Shown one piece after another: positions 39,265 to 50,129 of a DNA stretch of 64,000 bases. Below the pieces are notes generated by a model, which was not told where the DNA came from, ran no database searches, and worked only from the letters and a program-made list of their open reading frames with translations. The stretch spans positions 22,880,001 through 22,944,000 of the forward strand of contig NW_024704743.1 in assembly GCF_018977255.1 (NCBI RefSeq), in the 5' to 3' direction. The translations under genes and the position numbers were made by a program. Position 1 is the first letter of the stretch, and every line of letters starts with the position of its first letter. This DNA is from Callorhinchus milii. Lineage: Eukaryota.

Positions 39265-39520
39265 TTAATGATAATCCTTGCATTTGATATAGCGCCTTGT
39301 CGCGTCTTCGAGACGTCTCAAAGCGCTTCACAGAATTTACTGTAAAGTGAATTGACTGTATATTTTGTGGGCAAAACGCGGCAGCCAATTGTACACAGCA
39401 GTATCCCACAATCAGTTGTTGGTTGAGTGACCAAATTATTATTGTTATTTTTTTCTGAAGGGATTATTACCCCCAGAAAAATGATCCGCTGATCGATGAA
39501 CAACCGGGTTCCTACGTACT
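39265..39520 (-). mobile_element. tRNA-Ala SINE, 5'-truncated
   Basis: Body and tail match the family. Confidence 0.8.
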
Positions 39521-39844
39521 AAGCAGAACTTTCCCCCAAGAGATTGAGGGGATAGAATTCACTGTAAGTAACGGTTTCTGTGGTCAGGAACGCTTGGGAT
39601 GTGATAGGCACTGTATAAATGTAAATTTGTATTGTTGTACTATATCCTAAAAACTTTGCTCGCAATCTCAGAACATTTGCACTATATCTTTGCAGCATTT
39701 TTTTCTCACATTAGCCGCCTTTTCTTGTTACTGTACCAGGCAAAAATCATTTCATTTGGGGCTCAGAGAGGATAGCATTTTATCACACCAATTTAGCCTG
39801 GATCCTTAAAGTTGAAAAGACAGTGGTGTATTTCATTGCATCAT

Positions 39845-40368
39845 CTAACTCTCTGCTTGTCAGTCTTCCCAACTCTTCCCTCAAGCTGCAGATCATTTCT
39901 ACAAAACTCTACAGCTCATGTCCTCTCCCACACCAAGCTCCATGATCCTATCACCCCCATCCTCGCCCGACTCCATTGGCCCCTCCATCCCCCAAGGATA
40001 GAGTTCAAAATCCTCGCCTTCAAGACCCTCCACGGTTTTGCTCCTTCCTACCTCTGTGACCTGCTATCCATATTGATATGTCCACTCCGCTCAGCAGGCT
40101 CCTGCGTGCTCCATGTCCCCTGACCAGCCCACCCCACCATCGGTAGTCGGGTCTTTAGCCTCTTTGCCCCCACCCTTTGGAACCACACCCCATAGTAGCT
40201 TCACCTCACTTCCTCCCTTGACTTCTTCAAGGCCCATCTCAAGATCCTCCTCTTTGACAGCACTCTCCTACCCCTCCCCATCCCAGATCCAAACCCCTAA
40301 CTGTGAGGCGCCTTGGGACGTCCTTCGAAGTGAAAGGCGCTGTACAAATGTAATTTGTTGTTATTGTT
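39845..40368 (+). mobile_element. L2 LINE 3' fragment
   Basis: LQNSTAHVL...PITPILARLHW...RIEFKIL plus tail. Confidence 0.85.
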
Positions 40369-40649
40369 GGGGCCTTTTAGTCTCCTTTCCACTCGAAGGA
40401 AACATCTAGGGTGAGTGAAAGGACGCAATTTGGAAATCTGCCCTCCTGCGACTAAATCTGGCCAAATCTAGACATTCACAATTATAATTTAATCGTGTAA
40501 AATCTGAAAGTTAATGAGATGATATAAATGAAATTAAATGTCAAGTTGTAATGTTTTGGAAACAAGATCAAAAATAGCAATTATAAATACATTAACTTTT
40601 AAGAATAGTCTTTCCAATTCCCTTCATGAACTGTAAAATAGCCTGCTTT

Positions 40650-41228
40650 GGTTCCTCAAGATGCTGTAATCACCTTTTCTCCTTCCTCTCCCACCAGTCC
40701 CTCTACAACTTTCTTCAATCGGCTTCCACCCCATTTGGAGCGGTAAGTGTGCCCAGGCAACTCATCTCCAATGACTCTCTCTCCATCTGCAACCAGCGCT
40801 CCTTTTGTCTCCTTGTTCTCCCTTTGCTACCTCGAAAACCAGCAATGATTTTATCCTTCTCCATCATCTCTCCTCTCTGCTCCACTTCCACACCTCTGTC
40901 TATTCCTAGTTTCACTCTTACGTATTCCAAGATCTTCACTTTGTCTCCTCTTTGGCTTCTACTCTCACAATCACTTGCAGTGTTCCTCAGGACTCTAACC
41001 TCTCCTTTTCACCATCTATTTGCACCCCGTTGGTGACATCATCTGCAGACATAGGGTCCACTTCCACGTGTACAAGGAAACTTTATTTTTCTGCCTCAAA
41101 CCTCAATTTCAGGACCAACTGCATATCAGATATCAGATGGTTGAATATTGACAAGACCGAGGCCCTAACCCTTGGCTCCTGTCAGCGACTCCTCATCTCA
41201 GGCACTGACAGCATCACTGCCAATGGAC
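40650..41228 (+). mobile_element. Decayed L2 RT fragment lacking its 3' end
   Basis: LQSAS..., CSVPQDS, LNIDKTEAL. Confidence 0.7.
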
Positions 41229-41853
41229 GGAGGGAGTGGACAGGTTGATAAGGGGTCAGCAGGTCAGAGAGATAGGAAGGGACAAGGCCGTGGAGGGCCT
41301 TGAAGGTGAGAATGAGGGTTTTGAATTCTATCCTCTGAGGGATGGGGAGCCAGTGGACCTGGGCGAGAGTGGGGGTGATGGGGTCACGGAGCCTGGTGCG
41401 GGAGAGGACACGAGCTGCAGAGTACTGGATGATCTGCAGCTTGTGGAGGGAAGAGTTGGGGAGACCGACAAGCAGGGAGTTGGCGTAGTCCAGCCTAGAT
41501 GTGATGAATGCATGAATGAGGTCTCGGCGGCCTGAAGGGTGAGGCAGTGGCGGAGTCGGGCGATGTTGCGGAAGTGGGGGAAAGCAGAGCGGGTCATGGT
41601 ATGGATGTGGGGGAGAAAGGACAGTTGAGGGTCAAACAAGACACCTAAGGTTCCGGACTGGCTTAGTAAGGTGCAGTGTGCATCCATGGATGGTGATGCA
41701 CTCAGCGCCTGAGGTGTGGAGGCGCTGACGGGAGCCAATCGGGAGAGCTTCGGTCGTGTTGACACTCAACTGTAGAAAGTTGGCTCTCGTCTTGGCCTTA
41801 GATATTCTGTCAGGACAGCAGTGGTCCTGGAGTCGAGGATGGAGGCAGAGAGA
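41229..41853 (-). mobile_element. L2 fragment lacking its 3' end
   Basis: LGVLFDPQLSFLPHIHTMTRSAFPHFRNIARLRHCL on the - strand. Confidence 0.85.
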
Positions 41854-42529
41854 TAGATTTAGGTTCTAATCTGACACAAACTTAGAAGCCCTTTTTGTCT
41901 GAACTCCTCTCCACTAAAAATACCCCTTCAAACACTAGTGGAACACATGGCAAATAGAACAAGCAGTGTGCATTTTTTGCACAATAAAACCAATAAAACA
42001 GCAATAAACACAGCATAAGGCATTATTCTCCCTCCCAAAAAAGAGCGAAGAGCTAAACCAAACAAAATTCCTCACTATTCAGACAGAATGATGCCTCGCC
42101 AGATCAGCCCAGCATCCTGTTGGCCTTCTCTGAGCCTATGTAGCAAGATTCACAAACCGTTATTATATCAATAGTAACTTTTGCTCTATGATTCAAAATC
42201 AATTTAAGATTGAATATTCATCACCCGTTGTCACCAACATTCATTACATCTCCCAAATAGAATCAATTGCAAAAAAAAGAGGCAATTTTCACATGTGGTA
42301 ATTCTGCTCAGGAAGCACCTGCCCCTCACCAACTACTTGCATTTATATAGCGCCCTTCACACAGGGTAGCAACACAGAGCACTTTTCACCCTTTAGAAGT
42401 GTGAATGCAAAGAAAAAAATAGAGGCACTTTGAATTGAACTGATAAACCATTGCCACAGTAGACAATAATCCCGTATCTTCAACCTGGCTCTGTGGTAAC
42501 ACTCGTCTAGAGTCAGAAGCTTGGGGTTC

Positions 42530-42842
42530 AATAATAATAATAATCCTTGCATTTGATATAGCGCTTTTCACGTCGGGAGGACGTCCCAAAGCGCTTCACA
42601 GAAAACACTGTAAAGTGAATTGACTGTATTTGTGGGCGAACGCGGCAGCCAATTGCGCACAGCAATGTCCCACAAACAGTCGTAGATTGAAAATGACCAA
42701 TTTATTATTGTTTTTGGAGGGATTATTATTAGGCTCTGTGTGGAGTAAGGAAACTTTCCCAAGGTTTCACCCTCTGCCTGGAGTTGAACTCAGGTCTCTC
42801 GCTTGCAAAGCGAGTGCTCTAACCACTGAGCTACAGGACTCC
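42530..42842 (-). mobile_element. Young tRNA-Ala SINE, short subfamily, inserted into the head of a Deu SINE (about 42475-42930)
   Basis: Nearly identical to 37763-38084; the host resumes after the insertion. Confidence 0.9.
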
Positions 42843-43321
42843 AAGCTCAAGCTCCATGTTGGGACTTTGAGCTCCTGACACTGCATTGTGGGTGGTGGGG
42901 GGTGTCAGAGGTACTATCCTTTAGATTTTAGTCCTTTGATATCAGTTCTTACCATCATTGTGAAGAAGAATTCACGAAGCATTGGACTGTTCATCCTTTC
43001 ATTGGACTGTTCATCATTGGACTTTTCCTATGTCCTGCCAGTGAATACAGTCTGCCAGCAGAAATTGTTCTTAATAGCTGGGAAGGTATTTAAAAAATAC
43101 AATTTGCAGGTTTCAGGACTGGAAAGAACAAGATGTCTTGTTCAGCTTCTAAAAGTGGAGAACCCCATAGTGCCAAATTGCCTGAGCAATCATTTGTAAT
43201 TTGTAAAGCTTTACCTAATGCTATCTACAATCGCTTTCAAGTGTTTTTTCCTTTCGACTTCTGATGCAAGGTCATATATAAAATTCATATTTTAATATAA
43301 AAATCAGAATTTGAATGCATC

Positions 43322-43686
43322 GGAGTCCTGTAGCTCAGTAGTTAGAAAACTCGCCTCGCAAGTGAGAGACCTGGGTTCTTTTCCCGGCAATCCAAAATGT
43401 TGTGAAAGTTTCCTTACTCCACACGCCCGTTTACTGAGCAGTAAGTAGGAACCTGATTGTTAGTCGATTAGCCGATCGCTTTTCCGGGGATGATAATAAT
43501 ACCAAACAAAAAAAAATAATAATTTGGTCACTCAGTACACGACTGTTTGTGGGACACTGCTGTGCGCAATTGGCTGCCGCATTTCGCCCACAAATATACA
43601 GTCAATTCACTTTACAGTATATTCTGTGAAGCGCTTTGAGACGTCTAGAAGACGAGAAAGGTGCTATATCAAATGCAAGGATTATT
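43322..43686 (+). mobile_element. tRNA-Ala SINE, full length
   Basis: ggagtcctgtagctcagtagttag...tgcaaggattatt. Confidence 0.9.
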
Positions 43687-44023
43687 TGCTGGGTTAGAGC
43701 ATTGTGAGGCAGGTTAATTTTATCCTACTGATAACATGTTGTTGCAATTGTAATTCTGCAATAGTCTAGAAAATGACCTTTTATCGGAGGGATTGATCTT
43801 GTGCTATGGACTAGAGAGAGGGGGAAACATTTCTCCAACACTGGGAAGACAAAGGGAATGGAGAGAGAATCAGAAGATTATAGGTTCAGCCTCACAGATA
43901 TTGCAGTCCTGGGGAAAGCACTGCCTTGTCAGATATTAACGTGAGGTCACATCTGTATGTTCTGGACATTATGCGTCTATTGTATGTGTCATACAGATTT
44001 TATGGCACCATTCAAAACAAAAA

Positions 44024-44619
44024 ATGCTGAAACTGTATAGGGCCCTGGTGAGACCACACCTGGAATACTGTGTGCAGTTTTGGTCTCCTTATTTAAGGAA
44101 GGATGTATTTGCCTTGGAGGGGGTGCAGCGTAGATTTACTAGGTTAGTACCAGGGATAAAGGGGATGAGTTACGAGGATAGGCTCACCAATTTGGGCCTA
44201 TATTCTCTAGAATATTGAAGAATTAGAGGGGATCTTATAGAAACCTATAAGATCATCAAAGGGCATGATAGAGTAGATAGTGGGAGATTGTTTCCCCGGT
44301 TGGAGAAACTAAAACCAGGGGTCACAACCTTAAAATCAGAGGCCAGCCCTTTCGCACTGAGTTGAGGAAAAACTTCTTCACTCAAAGGGTGGTGAATGTA
44401 TGGAACTCACTACCCCAAAGGGCTGTTGACGCTCAGTCCTTAGACATATTCAAGACTGAGATAGATAGATTTCTTACTGCAAAAGGGATTAAGGGATATG
44501 GGGATAAGGCAGGGTCAGGTTATTAGCTGGAGTTGGATTAGAAGATCAACCATGATTGAATGGCGGGGCAGGCTCGAAGGGCCGAATGGCCTACTCCTGC
44601 TCCTACATGTTATGTTATG
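44024..44619 (+). mobile_element. CR1 LINE 3' end (5'-truncated), inserted into a Deu SINE
   Basis: LYRALVRPHLEYCVQFWSP...LEGVQRRFTRLVPG...RGDLIETYK, 3' UTR gaatggcctactcctgctcct and (ATGTT)n end; premature stop after LEY. Confidence 0.92.
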
Positions 44620-44655
44620 AAGGGAATTTCTCTCAGTGTCCTGGCCAAAACAACC

Positions 44656-44936
44656 ACTCACCTTGCAAGCGAGATCTGGGTTCAATTCCCGGCAGGATGA
44701 AACATTGGGCAAGTGTCCTTCTCCACATGCCTGACAATAATCCCTCAAGAAAAAATCATAATAATTTGGTCACTTCAATCCACGACTGTTTGTGGGACAC
44801 TGCTTTGCGCAATTGAATGCTGCATTTCGCCCACAAATATACAGTCAATTCACTTTACAGTCTATTCTGTGAAGTGCTTTGAAACATCTAGAAGACATGA
44901 AAAGTGCTATATCAAATGCAAGGATCATTATTATAA
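44656..44936 (+). mobile_element. tRNA-Ala SINE, partial head
   Basis: cactcaccttgcaagcgagatctgggttcaattccc...tail. Confidence 0.85.
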
Positions 44937-45089
44937 TTGATAATTCCCTCCATGGCTTCTCGTTAGTTAGGTGTGTACAAATTTGCTGCTGCATTCAGCT
45001 ACAAACATAGTCACTATACTTTACAATAAAATCCTGTAAAGAACTTTAGGACATATCTGCTCAGTCAAATGTAAGGATTATTATAACCG

Positions 45090-45394
45090 GCACTTCACAG
45101 AATGTACTGTAAAGTGAATTGACTAAAGTATATTTCGTGGGCGAAACACAGCAGCCAATTGCGCACAGCAGTGTCCCACTAACAGTTATGGATTAAGTGA
45201 CCAAATTGTTATTTTCTTTTGGAGGGATTATTACCCCGGGAAAGCGATCTGCTAATTGACCAACAACAGGATTCCTACTTACTGCTAGGTAAACACAGTC
45301 GTGTGGAGGAAGGAAACTTGCCTAAGGTTTCACCCTGCCAGGAATCGAACCTGGTAACTCTCACTTGCTTTTAACCAATAAGCTACAGGACTCC
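45090..45394 (-). mobile_element. tRNA-Ala SINE lacking its tail end
   Basis: Head ends ...agctacaggactcc at 45394. Confidence 0.85.
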
Positions 45395-45644
45395 AGTGTG
45401 AACCTGAATGGATAAAAAGGCGTAGAGTAAAATTTGGCAGTTTTGCAGTGAACATTGGCAACTTTGTGTTGACAACACATGATGAGCTCACATGAGGCCC
45501 TAAGTATGCAAGATGAATATCATCATGGACTTACTTCAAGATGAAGTACAACAAACCCCAAAAGTACAGCAAACTCTTAATTCATCAATTTAGCCGTCCT
45601 CCCCATTCTATATCTAATGGGACATACTTTTTTTTTACCAATTT

Positions 45645-45848
45645 CCTTCACCTTGCCCCCTTCAAGGCCCGTCTCAAGAGCTTCCGCTTCGACTGCGCCT
45701 TTGGACGTCACCCTCCTTACCCTCACTCTCCCTGCCCTTTCACCCACCTGATCCCAAACCCCGGCTCGGGTGCAAAACCTTGACTGTCCAGCGCCTTGGG
45801 AAGTCCTCCCGAGCACGAAAGGCGCTATACAATTGTAATTTGCTGTTG
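45645..45848 (+). mobile_element. L2 LINE 3' fragment
   Basis: FKARLKSFRFDCAF plus stem-loop tail. Confidence 0.8.
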
Positions 45849-45855
45849 TAATTGT

Positions 45856-46215
45856 CGGCGCAATGCTGGGGTCTAACCAGCTAAAACCGCCGAGCTTGCC
45901 GTTGATGTTGCTGTCCGGCAAGCTTTCCCGCTGCTTGTCCAGCTAGGACCACCCTGCCCGTTAGGGTCCTTTGACTTGCAGGAGCCGAGTGGCATGACTC
46001 CCTGCAACCCCCCCCCCCCCCAGTGACCGATCTACCCTTCCAAGTCCCGCCGATCAGCCAGACTGGCTGCGCTGTCGTTAACAGTGCCCTGGAATACCAC
46101 GGACCCGCCGGGCTCAGGAACCGGACCGCCGAGACCGCCCCGGAGGGCTGTCTCCATTCCGACATTCCGTCGCCGGGCGCGTGACCTTGGGAGCCAGTTC
46201 AGCTCCGAGGGGACC
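45856..46215. repeat. Unclassified dispersed repeat, copy B (CpG-rich, inside the island)
   Basis: Aligns by eye with about 31200-31545. Confidence 0.7.
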
Positions 46216-46644
46216 CCCCCACCCCCCCGCTTTCCTCTCTCTCCACCCGCGCGCACCCCCACCCCACCCAACCACCCACCCAACCACCACCACGAAGCCA
46301 TTTCGACACGAGAAATAAAAGCGAGCGCGCGCGACCTTGACGGGATGATCGCAAACTCGGGGGGGGGGGGGGGGGGGGGGGTTGGCTTTGCGCTCAAGAG
46401 GGTGCACCGCGTGACAAAAGAGAGGCGTCTTCTTCGGACCCAGGAAGGAACCAAGTGCTGCCATTTCAATCAACTTCCGGAGGTGACCGCGTAGCAGCTG
46501 CTGCTGAAGGCAGGTGGTGGGTGGGAATGGATGGATAGAAAGATGGGGAGTCCTCTTCCTTCCTTCCCCTACCACACCCTACCCTGCCCTCTCTCTCTCT
46601 CTCTCTCTCTCTCCCCCCACCCACACCCTCAGCAGGACTCTCAC

Positions 46645-46747
46645 CTAAAGCCGGCGGCTGTCCCAGCGCCTGCAGCAAAGCGGCCCAGGAGCGCGCGAGC
46701 CGCCCCAACAGCAGCGGCAGCAACAGCGGCTGCACCGGCGGCGCCAT
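46645..46747 (-). CDS. MRPL32: MRPL32 coding exon 1 of 3 (mitochondrial ribosomal protein bL32m, presequence-like N-terminus)
   Basis: ATG at 46747; MAPPVQPLLLPLLLGRLARSWAALLQALGQPPAL+G, then donor G|GTGAGA. 103 bp, phase 1, matching the exon 2 acceptor phase. Lies in the CpG island, head-to-head with PSMA2 as in human. Confidence 0.85.
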
Positions 46748-47227
46748 TGTGACGATCCAATCAGAAGCTCGCCCGGAGCCGACGCGGGGTTCCAACCCCG
46801 GCCGCGCGTGCGCCGAGGTCAGGCGGCCATCACGTGACCCTCGTCCCTTTCTTCCTTCCCCCCCTTCTTCCTCTCCCCCCCCCCTTCTTCCTGTTCCTGT
46901 CTTCCAATGACGTAGGCAACGCTAAGCGTCGGAGCGCGCCCGGGGCGGCGGTTGAACGCTGATCGCTCGCGACCCACCAACCAACCAACCAACCTAGCTG
47001 CGCGTGCGCGGCAGTGCAAAGAGCAACGAATCCCCCCCCGGGGGCCAGGGCCGCGTCCCAAATGGCACTACAACTCCCGCCATGCAGTGCGCGGCGCGCC
47101 GCGGGGGGGTGGCGCGGCGCCCGCCGGGTGATGTCGTCGGATAGGCGCGGGCGAGGGGGCGGCTGGGAAGGCGGTGTTGCGCAGGCGCGTTGCCCTTCTG
47201 TGGGAGAGCGTCGACCCGGGTGAGGAT
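46748..47227. promoter_or_regulatory. Bidirectional MRPL32/PSMA2 promoter
   Basis: 480 bp between divergent ATGs. ZNF143/SBS-type ACTACAACTCCCGCCATGCA (47067-47086); NRF1-like GCGCGTGCGC (46804-46813), TGCGCGTGCGC (46999-47009) and TGCGCAGGCGC (47178-47188); E-box TCACGTGAC (46830-46838); CCAAT (46757-46761); CRE-like TGACGTA (46908-46914). Confidence 0.85.
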
Positions 47228-47268
47228 ATGGCGGACCGGGGCTACAGCTTCTCGTTAACTACGTTCAG
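47228..47268 (+). CDS. PSMA2: PSMA2 coding exon 1 of 8 (20S proteasome subunit alpha type-2)
   Basis: MADRGYSFSLTTF(S), the alpha-subunit N-terminal signature; donor AG|GTAAAG; 41 bp. Confidence 0.97.
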
Positions 47269-48379
47269 GTAAAGAGCGAGAGGGGGAGAGTGAGAGAGGG
47301 GGAGAGAGAGCCTAACACCCGGGCGGGGGGGCCTGTCCCCCACATCAACCTGTCCAGCCGCCGCCGCCTCCCTCTCCCTCTCCCCCCTCTGGCGGGGCCC
47401 GGCCCGCGGAGCCGAGCCGAGCGCTTCACAAGTTTGCAGAGTCACGGCCTGGCGCTGGGGGAGAGGGAGAGGGGGAGAGAGAGAGGAGGGAGGGAGAGGG
47501 GGGGGAGGGAGAGAGAGGGGGAGAGAGAGGGAGAGTTGTTTCTTTTTTATATAAATATATATACTTTTCCTTTCAAAATAAAAGTAGTGGAGTTTTTTTT
47601 GTGTGTGTGTGTGTGTGTGTGACCCACCGTTGTTTCCTTGGCCTCGGAAAGGGGAGGGAGAGAGGGAGGGAAGGAGAGGGAGGGAGGGAGAGAGGGAGAG
47701 GGGCCGCTCAGGTTGCGCTCTGGTTTCCTGTGCGCTTTTCTGAGGGGACGACGACGACGACGTGTGGAGTCAGGATGTGGGTGAAGGGCCTCCCAGAGCC
47801 CGGGCTGCTGTGGGGGGGGGGTGTGTGTGGGGTGTGGGGGGGGATTCTGTCGTTTCACTTTCGTTTGCAGCTCTCACTGGTCGGGGTCGGGGGGGGGGGG
47901 GGGTTGTTGTTCGTCGGTTCCGGCAGCAAAAGCACCGGCAGATACACCACTCTTTCTATTCCGTGCTTCACTTGTTTAGTCAATTCCCTTATTTGTCCGC
48001 CAGCAATTGCACCGGAGGTCGCGAGTTTCTGATCCTGGTTTCGTTTCGTCAGCTCTGGGCCTTCGTAAAAGAAGCTTTGCTGCTTCACCCAACGGGTTTG
48101 ATTTTCTCCCTTCCCCCTCACCCCACCCCACAAAAAAAAATCACGAGCTGCCGCTTTGCATTACTGAAAGACCGAGGATGCAAACAAAAAAAACCACACA
48201 TTTGTGATTAAACCAGTGATGGTGAACTTCGTTTTTCGTTTGAGGGGGAAAAAAAACGGTTCAAAAGTAATCGAGTTTTTCTGAATTCTCCCCCGAGTTA
48301 TTGATTTTTTTTTTGCAAATTGTTAATGATGAATTGGCTTATCAATGCTACTGGTGTTGAAAGGACTATTTGTTGATTA

Positions 48380-48715
48380 TAGTCCAGGCTGACATCCTTG
48401 TGTGGGACTGGGACTGGGAGAGCACTGACTGCACTATTAGAAATGTCATCTCATTTGTGATGAGAGGTTAAACTGGAATCCCGTCTACCTGTTCAGTGGA
48501 TGTTAAAGATCCAAAGACACTGTTTAAAACAAGACGGATATTTCTCCTGGTGTCCTGACCGACAATCCTCCAGATAAATTGGTTATTTATCTCACATTTT
48601 TTGTGGTATCTTACAAATACTGTTGTTGCATTTCCCCACAAAAATAGTCTCTACTCTTGCCAGTAACTTCTGCAAAGTGCTTTGAGACATTTTAATGTAA
48701 TCTGGGCTATACAAG
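48380..48715 (+). mobile_element. Decayed Deu-domain SINE in PSMA2 intron 1
   Basis: gatgagaggttaaactg...ggatgttaaagatcc...ctcctggtgtcctgacc. Confidence 0.6.
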
Positions 48716-50032
48716 TTCTTTGCTTTCCTAGTTGTTTTTAATAATTGTTTGAAAATGTCATAAGAATTTTATGCAGGATTTCTGAATAACCTGCATGTAA
48801 AGTGCTTTAGGATTGACTGACTAATTAATGAGTTTCCACCAAACTTAATTGTAACATATTACCTCGTAAGCAGCTCAGGTTAATTGCAGAGTAGGTTTTC
48901 TCTTAACTCACAACCACATAGCTACAATTTTAGATTTGCTGTCTGTCTACAATCAAAATAACTTTTCAATTGTATTATACAACAACAACAAAATTACATT
49001 TGTATAGCGTCTTTCACTTTGGCAGGACGTCCCAAGGCGCTGATAGGATCAGAAACCCAGCTGACCCCCACAAAAAATGTAGGATGAGGGTTACAGTGAA
49101 TCACTGAACTACTTTGTATCCCATTAACAACAACAACAAAATTACATTTATAGAGTGCCTTTCTCGTCGGGAGGACGTCCCAAGGCGCTGGGATGGCTTA
49201 TCAGTGCAAAAGAACAAAATAAGAATGTCTTGGATAAACTGATGTGGATGACTTGAGTAGTCATTAACTTATCATTCATTAATTATCATGACTTGGGCTG
49301 CAAATTTGACATAGCATGTTTTGGCAAAGATCATCGAGCAGTCCCGGTAAATTTAGTGAATGTCACGGGTTTATGGGGAAATGTTAGGAGAAGTCATGGG
49401 CATGGAAATTCAACTATACCTCTTACCTCCCAACATTTCCAATTTCTAAATCGGAAGACAATAAAAAAATACACCTCCGAGAACTGATGGGCTTTTCCAA
49501 GCATAAATGTTTTTGCTATTTTACTCCCTTGTTAATCATTTTTCTGTTTAGCATCTTTCAAATGTTGGACTTTCTTTGGATAACAAACTCACTACTAGTT
49601 TTAAAGCATTGTCTGCCCATTAGATGAAAGGGGGAAACAAAAGAAGGATACACATTATGGTATTGTGTTGGGTACATTAGATTGTACATGTGGAATTTAA
49701 ATGTCTGAGTAACCTTTACTCATCCTAAGCTGTGTGGTATTTTTGTCTTTACTGTTACTGAATGTTGTATGTATAAAGTAGTAACTGTTATACTTTGATG
49801 TACTGTATGTTTGTGACAGTCAAGGAAAGGGATATCAGCACTGGGAAATGATGGAGAATTCCAGTGTTTGTAGCTGATGGCGACATCAGGAAATATGCAG
49901 AGCGGAGGGGAACTTGACTGAAAGTGTGGCTGAGGACAGATCTCCTGCTGTTACACATTCCATGTTACGTTCCATGCTATTCTAAGTCTGATTGCTGTTA
50001 TACAATTTTATGTGTTTTGTTTTATCTTGCAG

Positions 50033-50109
50033 CCCTTCTGGCAAACTTGTGCAGATTGAGTATGCTCTGGCAGCTGTAGCTGCAGGTGCTCCATCAGTGG
50101 GAATCAAAG
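50033..50109 (+). CDS. PSMA2: PSMA2 coding exon 2 of 8
   Basis: TTGCAG acceptor; [25 protein letters not shown]; donor G|GTATGA; 77 bp. Confidence 0.97.
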
Positions 50110-50129
50110 GTATGACAATTATATATCCA

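Larger units (their letters stand above)
45860..48060. promoter_or_regulatory. CpG island spanning both first exons
   Basis: Visibly high GC and dense CpG against an AT-rich, CpG-poor background; boundaries approximate. Confidence 0.85.

Noticed and set aside
43322..43392. tRNA-Ala genes at SINE heads (also near 2688, 38084, 42842, 51764)
   Set aside because: They run straight into a SINE body and tail and lack a proper acceptor stem and terminator.
48035..48056. CTGACGA-AAC-GAAAC on the - strand as another hammerhead
   Set aside because: No stem II between the core boxes and no stem I/III support.
46819..48211. Many overlapping ORFs in the CpG island
   Set aside because: By-products of high GC and simple repeats; the real exons are short and are not these ORFs.
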